Origin: Mucisphaera calidilacus
GTDB lineage: Bacteria; Planctomycetota; Phycisphaerae; Phycisphaerales; Phycisphaeraceae
Length of the DNA stretch: 32,000 nucleotides
NCBI RefSeq assembly: GCF_007748075.1
Contig: NZ_CP036280.1
Coordinates: 3,000,001 to 3,032,000, forward strand
Direction: 5' to 3'
Below the pieces are notes generated by a model. It did not search any database, was not told the origin of the DNA, and was given only the letters and a program-made list of their open reading frames with translations. Shown one piece after another: positions 16,049-24,833 of the stretch. Positions within the stretch are counted from its first letter, which is position 1. The number at the start of each line of letters is the position of its first letter. A program made the position numbers and the translations under genes.

Positions 16049-17806
16049 ATGAAGGCCTGCTTAATCCTCACCTACCTGCTGTTATTGATCATGAGTGATA
16101 CAGCGCCTGCGGCCGTAACTGAGTCCATGGTCACCGTGATCAATTCTACAGACCATGGTGCCATCGGTGATGGGAATAATGATGACACGGCCGCTATTGC
16201 GAGCATGCTTGCCACACTAGAGGTAATCGAAGGCCCGGCTAGGCTCCAGTTCGAATCGAACCGCGTCTACCGAATAGCCAAGCCTGTGATTGACGGCTTT
16301 GCGATTAAGCTTATGGGGCGAGTCGATGTCACAATTGATGGCGGTCAATCCACTTTCCTGCTCGCTCCGAACGTCCGATTCCTGCATGCAATCGACTGCA
16401 CGCATCTCAGCGTCCAAGGCATCAGAATCGACTACGACCCGCTTCCATTCGTCGAAGCCGACATTATCGACGCGCAGCCCGGACAACCCATCATCACCGT
16501 TCGTTCGCAGGAAGGCTTCGATCTTCGTCGCTCGGGCGGACCTACGAGAGACCCTGATGAACAGGCTTACTTCGGTATGTCCTGGCATCAGGGCCCCCAC
16601 AGCCTCATCGGCCATCACCAGATGATTGAAGAGGTCGAGCACCTTCCCGACAACACTGCGAGAATCCGGCTGGCACATCCCTATGAACCAGTAAACACTG
16701 GCGTAGACCACATACCCACTATCACACTACCCGTCCCTGGCATTGCGCATTTACAGGGCCCCGGTCACGTCTTCAAGATCTACAAATGCCATTCCGCTGA
16801 CCTCGAAGATATCGAAGTGTGGTCCGCGCCCTGGTTTGCCTTTGGCATCTTCGGAAACACCGGTGATCTCACCTTCCGCCACACACACGTACGCCCCAAA
16901 CCCGGATCTAGCCGGACCACCTCAACCTGGCGCGATGCCTTCCACGTCAAGAACAACGCTGCCTCTCTTCTGTTTGAGGACATCCACGCCCAGGGATGCA
17001 ACGACGACACCTTCAACATCTCGTCTCACGGCTCACGAGTCTGGAAGCAGATCGACGAGCAGACGTTCGATCTCGTACAGGTCTATCCCCTCGAAATCAC
17101 CCCACTCAACCCGGGTGATCAGGTCGCTTTCTATGACCCCACCAACCACCGCTTCCTCGCCAACGCCCGGCTTGTGAGCGTCCAAGGCGAGCAAGCTCCC
17201 GAGTTCCGTGACGGCCAACCCTACTCGCCCATCCTGCGTGTCAGAGTCGATCGACCAGTCCCCAGCGTCGTTCCCAATCAAACGCTGTTCTGGAGCGTCA
17301 CCTACTCCAATCCACAAACCACCCTACGAAGGGTCAGGCTTTACAACAGCGCTCGTCTCCGCTCACCAGTGACGATCGAAGATAGCCATATCGAAGCACT
17401 CTTGTGGATCACAGGATGGTCCGATGGCACCGAGCTTCCGGTGCCGACCGACATCGTGATCCGAGACTCACTGCTCCGTTACGGCCGTGGCAACCCAACC
17501 CACGCCATCATCGCCACGCCTCTAGAAGCACAAGGTGATACCGATTCACGCCACCTGCCTGGAACGCCACCTGTCACGAACGTTGTCTTCGAGAGGAATC
17601 GCATCTTCGGCGGCTTCTACATCGGACAGGCGACAGGCATCCGACTGATCGAGAATGAGTTTATCACCGAAGGACACCCCATCGAGCTGTTCGATATCAG
17701 GGCTGCACTGCTCCACGGCAACACCGTCGATGGTGAAGAACTTAAACAGAAGCACCTGACACTGAGACTAGCCAATGACACCGATGACGTCCGGATCACG
17801 CCTTGA
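16049..17806 (+). CDS. Secreted right-handed beta-helix protein (Pectate_lyase_3 / GH28-related fold)
   Basis: Signal peptide (LILTYLLLLIMSDTAPAAV). Hallmark N-terminal motif TDHGAIGDGNNDDTAAIASML. Repetitive beta-helix-like body. Confidence 0.65.
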   Translation: MKACLILTYLLLLIMSDTAPAAVTESMVTVINSTDHGAIGDGNNDDTAAIASMLATLEVIEGPARLQFESNRVYRIAKPVIDGFAIKLMGRVDVTIDGGQSTFLLAPNVRFLHAIDCTHLSVQGIRIDYDPLPFVEADIIDAQPGQPIITVRSQEGFDLRRSGGPTRDPDEQAYFGMSWHQGPHSLIGHHQMIEEVEHLPDNTARIRLAHPYEPVNTGVDHIPTITLPVPGIAHLQGPGHVFKIYKCHSADLEDIEVWSAPWFAFGIFGNTGDLTFRHTHVRPKPGSSRTTSTWRDAFHVKNNAASLLFEDIHAQGCNDDTFNISSHGSRVWKQIDEQTFDLVQVYPLEITPLNPGDQVAFYDPTNHRFLANARLVSVQGEQAPEFRDGQPYSPILRVRVDRPVPSVVPNQTLFWSVTYSNPQTTLRRVRLYNSARLRSPVTIEDSHIEALLWITGWSDGTELPVPTDIVIRDSLLRYGRGNPTHAIIATPLEAQGDTDSRHLPGTPPVTNVVFERNRIFGGFYIGQATGIRLIENEFITEGHPIELFDIRAALLHGNTVDGEELKQKHLTLRLANDTDDVRITP

Positions 17807-17888
17807 CTTTGTCTACCCCCGCAACGCCCAGCTGGTCGCCATGCGCAGCAGCCACTGACTGCACCGAAGCACAATCTCGAGCTATGCG

Positions 17889-19565
17889 ATGAATGCTCCA
17901 ACCTATGCCATCGGCGTCGACTACGGCACCAACAGCGTTCGCGCATTGGTCGTCGATACAGCCAACGGTGATGAGATAGCCACCGAAGTCTTCGAGTATC
18001 CCTCGGGTGATGCAGGCATCCTCATCGATCCCGCTGATCCCAACCTCGCCCGGCAAAACCCTCAAGACCACATCGATGGCTTCATCAGCACAGTCAAGAA
18101 CGTTGTAATCCAGGCTAGGCAGCACTCCGCTTTCACACCCGATCGGATCGTCGGTATTGGTGTTGATACCACTGGATCCAGCCCGTTACCGGTCGATCAG
18201 AATGGCACCCCTCTAGGCATCCTTCCAGAGTTTCAGAACAACCTGGCTGCGCAGTGCTGGCTGTGGAAAGACCATACAGCGCACGCTGAAGCCGCTGAGA
18301 TCACAGCACTCGCCGAGGAGCGTAGTGAGCCTTATCTGACCCTCTGTGGCGGCACGTACTCTTCCGAGTGGTACTGGTCGAAGATGCTCCACTGCGAACG
18401 CATCGCTCCCGAGGTCGCCAAAGCAGCCTACAGCTGGGTCGAACTCACCGACTTCATCCCCGCCTATATCACTGGCCAGCACAATCCAGACACTATGCCC
18501 CGGGGCATCTGTGCAGCCGGTCATAAAGCCATGTTCAGCCATCGATGGGGAGGACTTCCCTCCCTCGACTTCCTCGAATCACTCCAGCCAGGCTTCTCAC
18601 GATTCAGAAAGCGATACACAAGCAAACCACAGCCCTCTAGCCAACCCGCTGGTCAGCTCGACCAGAGAGTAGCTGATCTAGTCGGACTACCAGCCCGAAT
18701 CAATGTCGCAGCCGGAGCCTTCGATGCCCACCACGGGGCCGTCGGCTCCGGTGTATCCCCGGGAACCATCGTCAAGATCATCGGGACCAGCACATGCGAC
18801 ATCATGACCAGCCCGCTGGACCAAGAACTAGCCGACATCCCAGGTGTTTGTGGCATCGTCCCCGAATCGGCTCTGCCAGGAGCCTACGGCATTGAAGCGG
18901 GTCAATCTGCGGTTGGTGATCTCTTCAATTGGTTCATCAAACATCTAGGCCCTGTCGGTCACGAAGCACTCACTCAGGAAGCCCTAGAACTCCCCCCAGG
19001 AGCCTCAGGGCTTCTGGCCCTCGACTGGAACAACGGCAATCGCACTGTCCTCGTCGATCCCAGACTCTCTGGCCTCCTTGTCGGCCAGACTTTGCACACG
19101 ACCGCCGCCGAAATCTACCGCGCGCTCATCGAAGCCACTGCCTTTGGGTCCCTAACCATCATCGAGCGCATCGAAGAACACGAGGTCCCTGTCGAGCGCG
19201 TCGTGATGTGTGGTGGTATCGCCGAGAAGAATCCTATGGCGATGCAGATCTACGCAGATGTCCTCAATCGCCCAATCCGCATCGCTCGATCGCGGCAAGC
19301 CTGCGCACTCGGAGCTGCCATCTTTGGAGCCGTTGTAGGCCATGCCCATCGCAATACCCAATCCGCCATCGCAGCTATGGCTGGCACCAAAGAAACCGTC
19401 TACCAGCCTATTACTTCGAACGTCAACACCTACGCCGAGCTCTACACACTCTACCGACGGCTCCACGACGCCTTTGGCGGCGTCACTAAGCAGGCCGTGC
19501 TGGGAGACGTCATGAAGCGTCTCATCAGCATCCGTGATCGTGCCCGGAGTATCCGCCATGCTTGA
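17889..19565 (+). CDS. araB: Ribulokinase (FGGY family)
   Basis: 558 aa. YAIGVDYGTNSVRALVVD N-terminus, SSEWYWSKMLH, GTSTCDIM, MCGGIAEKNPMAMQIYADVLNRPI. Followed by araD and araA. Confidence 0.9.
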   Translation: MNAPTYAIGVDYGTNSVRALVVDTANGDEIATEVFEYPSGDAGILIDPADPNLARQNPQDHIDGFISTVKNVVIQARQHSAFTPDRIVGIGVDTTGSSPLPVDQNGTPLGILPEFQNNLAAQCWLWKDHTAHAEAAEITALAEERSEPYLTLCGGTYSSEWYWSKMLHCERIAPEVAKAAYSWVELTDFIPAYITGQHNPDTMPRGICAAGHKAMFSHRWGGLPSLDFLESLQPGFSRFRKRYTSKPQPSSQPAGQLDQRVADLVGLPARINVAAGAFDAHHGAVGSGVSPGTIVKIIGTSTCDIMTSPLDQELADIPGVCGIVPESALPGAYGIEAGQSAVGDLFNWFIKHLGPVGHEALTQEALELPPGASGLLALDWNNGNRTVLVDPRLSGLLVGQTLHTTAAEIYRALIEATAFGSLTIIERIEEHEVPVERVVMCGGIAEKNPMAMQIYADVLNRPIRIARSRQACALGAAIFGAVVGHAHRNTQSAIAAMAGTKETVYQPITSNVNTYAELYTLYRRLHDAFGGVTKQAVLGDVMKRLISIRDRARSIRHA

Positions 19566-20262
19566 GCAACTCCGTGAACAGGTTTGCAAAGCGAACAAGA
19601 GATTGGTTACCGAGAATCTTGTCACCCTGACCTGGGGAAATGTCAGCGGCATCAGTGAAGATAGAAAGGACATCGTGATCAAACCAAGCGGTGTGCCCTA
19701 CGACGAACTAACACCGGAGCAAATGGTCATCGTCAGTATCGATGGTCAAGTCATCGATTCACCACTTCGCCCATCCTCAGACACACCCACACACCTTGAG
19801 ATCTACCGCCACTTCCCGAACGCCAACGGCATCGCCCACACTCACAGTCGATATGCCACCATCTTCGCCCAGGCTCGACGAAGTATCCGCTGCACGGGTA
19901 CCACCCACGCCGATCACTTCAGGGGTGACATCCCCGTCACGCGCGCTCTGACCCCCCATGAAGTCGAATCCGGTTATGAACACGAAACCGGCAGGCTCAT
20001 CGTCGAAACCTTCCGCGAAAATCAACTCGACCCGCATTGTCTACCCGCCATCCTCCTCGCCGGGCACGCCCCCTTCGTTTGGGGGCCGTGTCCCGACAGA
20101 GCTATGGACAACTCCGTCGCCCTTGAAGCCATCGCTGAAATGGCTCTGCACCTCGAACTACTTGCGCCCAACGCCCCTGGTCTCGAAGCCCACATCCTGG
20201 CCAAACACCAGTCCCGCAAGCACGGGCCAGATGCGTACTACGGCCAGACAAATACGCCCTAA
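19558..20262 (+). CDS. araD: L-ribulose-5-phosphate 4-epimerase
   Basis: [32 protein letters not shown]...[17 protein letters not shown]...[26 protein letters not shown] (class II aldolase/adducin fold). The ATG overlaps the araB stop (ATGCTTGA). Confidence 0.9.
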   Translation: MLEQLREQVCKANKRLVTENLVTLTWGNVSGISEDRKDIVIKPSGVPYDELTPEQMVIVSIDGQVIDSPLRPSSDTPTHLEIYRHFPNANGIAHTHSRYATIFAQARRSIRCTGTTHADHFRGDIPVTRALTPHEVESGYEHETGRLIVETFRENQLDPHCLPAILLAGHAPFVWGPCPDRAMDNSVALEAIAEMALHLELLAPNAPGLEAHILAKHQSRKHGPDAYYGQTNTP

Positions 20263-20279
20263 TACGCTCAAAGATACCC

Positions 20280-21713
20280 ATGTCCAACATCTATCCCAAT
20301 CAACACGTCCGCCTGCTTGTTGGAAGCCAGCACCTCTACGGCCATGAAACACTCCAGCAGGTCGATCGCGACGCCAGCGAGATCGTCAGTGGGCTCAATC
20401 AGGATGGACAACGGCCCTCCGAGATACGTGCTCAGCCCGTACTCACGACACCACAGGCCATTCTCCACGCCATTCAGGAATCTGAATGCGACCCCCAATG
20501 CCTAGGCGTCATCTGCTGGATGCACACCTTCAGCCCGGCCAAAATGTGGATCGCAGGACTACAGGCGCTCCGCAAGCCAATGCTTCATCTGCACACACAG
20601 ACGCACCGCGACATTCCGTGGTCATCTATCGACATGGACTTCATGAACCTGCATCAGTCAGCTCATGGCGGCCGCGAGTTCGGACACATCTGCACCCGAC
20701 TCAATGTCCGACGTAAGGTCGTCGTCGGTCATTGGCAAGACGCCTCAGTCCTGTCCCAGATCGACAGCTGGATACGCGCCGCTGCAGCCGTCCACGACGG
20801 CCGTCAACTCCGAGTCGCACGGCTGGGTGACAACATGCGTCAGGTCGCCGTGACCGATGGTGACAAGGTCGAGGCACAAATCGTCTTCGGCTACGAAGTC
20901 CATGGATACGGTATCGGTGACGCCGTGCAGCACGTTGATGCCGTCAAAGAGGATAATGTCGATGAGCTCTGCCAAGCCTATGCCATCGATCACATACTCG
21001 ACCCGCAACTCCGACCGGGCTCACCGAGACACAACGATCTACGCGAAGCAGCACGCATCGAGCTCGGACTCCGCAGCTTCTTGAATGAAGTGAACGCTCA
21101 CGCCTTCACTGATACCTTCGAAGACTTGCACGGTCTACAGCAGCTTCCAGGCATCGCAGCTCAGCGGCTGATGGCCGACGGCTACGGCTTCGGAGCCGAA
21201 GGCGATTGGAAGCACGCCGCCCTCGTACGCGCCGTCAAAGTCATGACCAGAGGATTGCCCGGCGGCACCAGCTTTATGGAAGACTACACCTACCACTTCG
21301 ATCCCCAGTGCCCCGCCGTTCTTGGCGCTCACATGCTCGAGATCTGCCCCTCGATTGCAGATTCGAAACCACACGCCGAGATCCATCCACTAGGCATAGG
21401 CGGCAAGAAAGACCCTGTCAGGCTCGTCTTCAACGCTATCACTGGTCCCGCTATTAACGCTTCGGTCATCGACAAAGGCGACAGTTCCCGACTACTCATC
21501 AATCCCGTCACCGCCATTGAACCCAAACACGACCTGCCCAAGCTCCCGGTCGCTCGCGTCCTCTGGCAGCCCCACCCGGATCTCCCTACCGCTGCCGCTG
21601 AATGGATCCAAGCCGGCGGCGCTCACCACACCGCCTACTCCAACTCCGTTACCCAAGAGATGCTTGAAGACTATGCTCGCATCTTGGGCCTGGATATTCA
21701 GCTCATTGCCTAG
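20280..21713 (+). CDS. araA: L-arabinose isomerase
   Basis: 477 aa. [62 protein letters not shown]. Typical AraA. Confidence 0.9.
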   Translation: MSNIYPNQHVRLLVGSQHLYGHETLQQVDRDASEIVSGLNQDGQRPSEIRAQPVLTTPQAILHAIQESECDPQCLGVICWMHTFSPAKMWIAGLQALRKPMLHLHTQTHRDIPWSSIDMDFMNLHQSAHGGREFGHICTRLNVRRKVVVGHWQDASVLSQIDSWIRAAAAVHDGRQLRVARLGDNMRQVAVTDGDKVEAQIVFGYEVHGYGIGDAVQHVDAVKEDNVDELCQAYAIDHILDPQLRPGSPRHNDLREAARIELGLRSFLNEVNAHAFTDTFEDLHGLQQLPGIAAQRLMADGYGFGAEGDWKHAALVRAVKVMTRGLPGGTSFMEDYTYHFDPQCPAVLGAHMLEICPSIADSKPHAEIHPLGIGGKKDPVRLVFNAITGPAINASVIDKGDSSRLLINPVTAIEPKHDLPKLPVARVLWQPHPDLPTAAAEWIQAGGAHHTAYSNSVTQEMLEDYARILGLDIQLIA

Positions 21714-21977
21714 GCGTAGTTGAGACAGACATTCTTACACCTACCTGCAGTAAGACAGAAATAGTGCAATATGTAATAAGTGGGTCTGGCCTGACCTTCT
21801 GGCTCATGAGTTCGTGGTTTTTGGATCCCTGCCGCAGATCGCTATCGATCCCGTGACCAACGGCGTCGAAGAGGCTCAGGCCTTCGGGCTGACCTCCTTC
21901 ACCGGCGTGTCATCTTCAGCCTGGCGTTGACCTTCCCCCCTCAAGCGAATCCATTTCCTAGACTTAGTTTTTAGGTA

Positions 21978-22102
21978 TACACCTCTCCCCATCTTGATAC
22001 CAGTCTCGATGCTAACCTCGGCCATCAATCGGCCGGGTGAACCCGGCCGATTGATTCAGCGAACTCCTCGGGGGCCAGGTTGCCCAAGGCGCTGTGGGGA
22101 CG
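21978..22102 (-). mobile_element. Right-end remnant of another IS3-family element (last ~25 codons of orfB plus terminal repeat)
   Basis: The minus strand reads RPHSALGNLAPEEFAESIGRVHPAD*, the IS3 OrfB C-terminal signature. The plus strand from 21978, TACACCTCTCCCCATCTTGATAC, matches the IR consensus of the 1773 copy (TGCGCCTCTCCCCGAATCCTGATCC). Upstream homology is lost at ~22102. Confidence 0.55.
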
Positions 22103-22516
22103 TGCTGCCGGGCGAGGAGGCATCCTCATGACCACGCCATCGCGACCAAATTCGGCGCGCCGCGAACTTGGAGCGCTTCGAGTTCACCCCATTTTGTGCG
22201 CGCGCTTCAAGTTCATGCGCTCCGAGTTCATGCGGCTCCCCATGAGGCGATTAGGTACTTCCGCGAAAGGTGTTCACGCGATGGCACGGGAACGCGTCGA
22301 GCGGATAGACACAGTTTGTTTTGAGCGTGACCTTTTTGCGTAACACGCTGTCGTGGCATAAGTGGTCGGGGGGGTCGGGGGTTCAAATGGTCCAGAAGCC
22401 CCAGCAGCGCGACCTATGGACCTTTTGAACCTGTGGACCGGGGGCCGTGTGTTGGCGACATTGGCGTGTGCGCTGGTCTCGAAGCCCACCAATAGCGCCA
22501 TCTCCACGGAACTAGC

Positions 22517-22624
22517 GGTCTTGGTGGTCTTCGTGGTCTTCGTGGTCTTCGTGGTTTTCGTGGTCTTCGTGGTCTTCGTGGTCTTCGTGGTCTTCGTGGT
22601 CTTCGTGGTCTTCGTGGTCTTCGT
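22517..22624. repeat. Tandem repeat, 9-bp unit GGTCTTCGT x12 (two variant units)
   Basis: Directly visible head-to-tail units from 22517 (first unit GGTCTTGGT, fifth GGTTTTCGT). No spacers. Confidence 0.9.
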
Positions 22625-22915
22625 GTTTTTCACACGAAAGAAAGAGAGTTCACCACGGTGGCCGTTGCCGCTGACCTCACGTAGAGCCTATCCGGGAAGG
22701 AGCCATGCCAGTGATGCCTCGCCTACCTGATTGCTCGCTTAGGCTTGAACTGGCCCATCCTGGCAATGGCCTTCAGTTCTTCAATGCTGGAAGCGTGGGG
22801 TGGCTTGAGGAATTGGTGCCATAGACACATGCCCTCCCGCAACCACCGAATGATCATATTTTATTGCGAAACGGCCGATTTGCCCCGACATTTCTCACTG
22901 GTGATCGGTAGCGGA

Positions 22916-24085
22916 TCACGCCCATTGCTGCGTGTGCAGATTGAGCCAAGGCACCAACTCGACGTCCGATCGCTTTTGGCCAGTTTCGCCGCCGTAGGCG
23001 ACATACGCCTTGCATGGCCGAACCTGCTCAATGACTTCACGGACCCGCCGGACGCCTTCGAGCAAACCGGAGTTCGCGGTCTGCGCCGCCTTGGCCTCGA
23101 CAAGAGACAATCGATCAGCGTGCTCAATGATCAGGTCGGCTTCGACGCCGTTTTGATCGCGGTAGTGGTAAAGACCGCCTGTCTCGCCAGCGTTGATGCG
23201 ATGCTTGGCGATTTCGGACACCACCCAACTCTCAAAGAGTGCTCCGCGCAATGGATGGCTGCGAAGCTGCTCAGTGGTACGGATGCCTAGCAGTCGGCAA
23301 GCCAGACCGGTGTCGTAGAAATGCAGCTTCGGCATCTTCACCAAGCGTTTGCGGATGTTGCTACTGAACGATGGCAGGCGGAACGCGATGAAGCTGGCTT
23401 CAAGGACGCTGAACCATGCCTTGGCAGTGGGCTGAGCGATGCCGCAGTCGTTGCTGAGCCGTGAGAAGTTGAGCAGTTGCGATGTGCGGCCGGCACAGAG
23501 TTCGACGAACCGCTGGAAGGTTGTCAGGTCGCCAACGTTGGTGATCAGTCGCACATCCCGTTCGATGTAGGTGGCGATGTAGGATGCGAGCCACTCTCCT
23601 GCGTCGAGTTGCTGGTCGAAGATGCGGGGATAGCCGCCGGTCAGGATCGACTCGTCAAGCGTCTCGGGAAAGCGTGGAAAGCGGATGGCTTCACTCCGCG
23701 CAAGCGGCAGCAGATGCAGCACTGCGGTTCGGCCAGCGAGGGACTGATTCACAGATTCCAGCAACGCCAGATTCTGAGAACCCGTCAGCACCCACCGGCC
23801 GGGTTGCGGGTGCTCGTCGATAATGCTTTGGATATATGACGTCAGTTCGGGCACGCGCTGGATTTCGTCCAGGATCACACCGTCGTCGAACTGGGCCAGG
23901 AACGCACGCGGGTCGTCCTGGGCAAAGCTGCGGAGATCCGGCGCTTCGAGATTGGCGTAGGCGTACTTCGGGAAGATCGCCCGGCAGAGGGTGGACTTTC
24001 CGCTCTGGCGGGGGCCCGTCAGCGTGACCGAGGGGAACTGGCCAGCCAGCTTTCGCAGTCGGGATGTCAGATCACGGTCGATCAT
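22916..24085 (-). CDS. AAA+ ATPase, AAA_14/DUF4143 family
   Basis: Walker A LTGPRQSGKSTL, Walker B GVILDEIQRVPEL, and a DUF4143-like C-terminal half (YHYRDQNGVEADLIIE...LVEAKA). Confidence 0.85.
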   Translation of the reverse strand: MIDRDLTSRLRKLAGQFPSVTLTGPRQSGKSTLCRAIFPKYAYANLEAPDLRSFAQDDPRAFLAQFDDGVILDEIQRVPELTSYIQSIIDEHPQPGRWVLTGSQNLALLESVNQSLAGRTAVLHLLPLARSEAIRFPRFPETLDESILTGGYPRIFDQQLDAGEWLASYIATYIERDVRLITNVGDLTTFQRFVELCAGRTSQLLNFSRLSNDCGIAQPTAKAWFSVLEASFIAFRLPSFSSNIRKRLVKMPKLHFYDTGLACRLLGIRTTEQLRSHPLRGALFESWVVSEIAKHRINAGETGGLYHYRDQNGVEADLIIEHADRLSLVEAKAAQTANSGLLEGVRRVREVIEQVRPCKAYVAYGGETGQKRSDVELVPWLNLHTQQWA

Positions 24086-24147
24086 GTCAGAACAGCGTAG
24101 CTTCTGATATAGGACAATTCAAGATTGAATCTTCATTTGTCCTATGG

Positions 24148-24276
24148 GCGGGTGGTACAAGGATTCGTACCAGCCCCGTGGGCTGGTGTCGTAAGCTGCG
24201 ACTTGATAGATGGATGGAACTGTGGTCGCCTGGCCTTCCAAGCTGAATGTTGTGAGTTCGAGTCTCATCACCCGCT
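24148..24276 (+). tRNA. tRNA-Gly(UCC)-like sequence, non-canonical: a fragment/att scar or an expanded tRNA-like RNA
   Basis: The 3' part is canonical: anticodon loop CTTCCAA (24235-24241), T-arm GTGAG-TTCGAGT-CTCAT (24252-24268), acceptor 3' strand CACCCGC plus discriminator T (24269-24276). A perfect acceptor 5' strand GCGGGTG sits at 24148-24154, 129 nt away rather than ~75. The D-arm is absent and the anticodon stem is weak. No encoded CCA. Confidence 0.35.
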
Positions 24277-24310
24277 TTCCCCCGCCCCCGGAAAGAAACT
24301 CGTCAGTATC

Positions 24311-24350
24311 CGCCTTCGCGTGACACATGTCGCCCGAAGGCGTCTTTGTT
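24311..24350 (+). terminator. Possible intrinsic terminator hairpin downstream of the tRNA-like sequence
   Basis: CGCCTTCG (24311-24318) pairs with CGAAGGCG (24335-24342), with further inner pairing, followed by TCTTTGTT. Confidence 0.3.
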
Positions 24351-24474
24351 GCGCCAAGCTCGGTTACCTGTATGCCTGAGCCGCCGTCGTGCCCTGATCC
24401 AACAACGTGTCGACGCCAAGGTTGCTTGACGATCTCTCCTGCCGGATGACGGTTGCGACCCATCCAGAAATGCG

Positions 24475-24531
24475 CTCCGCTACGGACAGCCTTGGAACCC
24501 TTGGAGATCAGCCAGCGGCAAGCGTTACGAC
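24475..24531 (+). repeat. 57-nt copy B of the unclassified repeat (inverted partner of 4737-4797)
   Basis: ctccgctacggacagccttggaacccttggagatcagccagcggcaagcgttacgac. See copy A for the alignment. Confidence 0.7.
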
Positions 24532-24833
24532 TGGCTGAACTCGAAAGTTTCCGTACTCATTTTAGCGTAGCGAGGGACGCCTCTGGACGGAAGGCTTCGG
24601 GTGATGGCGGGGGGTGATGGCCGGTCTGATTGTGAAGAACACTGGCTGTACCTTGTTTCCGCTGGACGTTGCGTGGATTGCGATGGCCCGCGGGGGCAGC
24701 GGGGCGGGTGGTGAGGCCGGCTCGCCGTGAACCTGTTAAAAAACAGGTGTGTGGGGCGTTGTTTGGCGGGCGCACGTGCGGGTTGTGCGCGTGGAAGGCT
24801 GGGACTGTTTTGGCGCGTGACGATCGACACAGA

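Noticed and set aside
10797-19682. Antisense ORFs inside well-supported genes (10797-11513, 11814-12386, 12444-12932, 16217-16711, 17796-18125, 19152-19682, all minus)
   Set aside because: Each is opposite a gene with clear family motifs (AraC, DUF1559, CBM-like, beta-helix, araB) and has no motif of its own.
22100-22500. Possible structured RNA or gene in the gap. Short recurring gagttca(c/t)gcg motifs at 22180-22235 and a GGGGTTCAAATGG T-loop-like string near 22378
   Set aside because: I could not build a tRNA cloverleaf or any consistent fold, and the ORFs there (22080-22343, 22094-22324) lack motifs. Left unannotated.
22517-22624. Possible CRISPR array
   Set aside because: The units are 9 bp and directly abut with no spacers. 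No cas genes are in the window.
22274-22730. ORFs reading through the 9-bp tandem repeat as (KTT)n on the minus strand or (FVV)n on the plus strand
   Set aside because: They stay open only because the repeat unit is a multiple of 3. There is no ribosome-binding site (the minus ORF starts at GTG with no SD), no domain, and the flanking translation looks random.
22723-22857. 44-codon minus-strand ORF (MIIRWLREGMCLWHQF...) just downstream of the DUF4143 ATPase gene
   Set aside because: It is below a reliable length, has no ribosome-binding site, and bears only a vague HTH-like resemblance. It could be a gene fragment, but this cannot be supported from sequence alone.
24350-24530. Degenerate tyrosine-integrase remnant next to the tRNA-like fragment (the minus-strand translation contains GHDGGSGIQVTELG, faintly like LGHSSIQTTERY)
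   Set aside because: No R...HxxR...Y arrangement exists in any frame, and the spacing to other pseudo-motifs is far too short. The resemblance is within chance.
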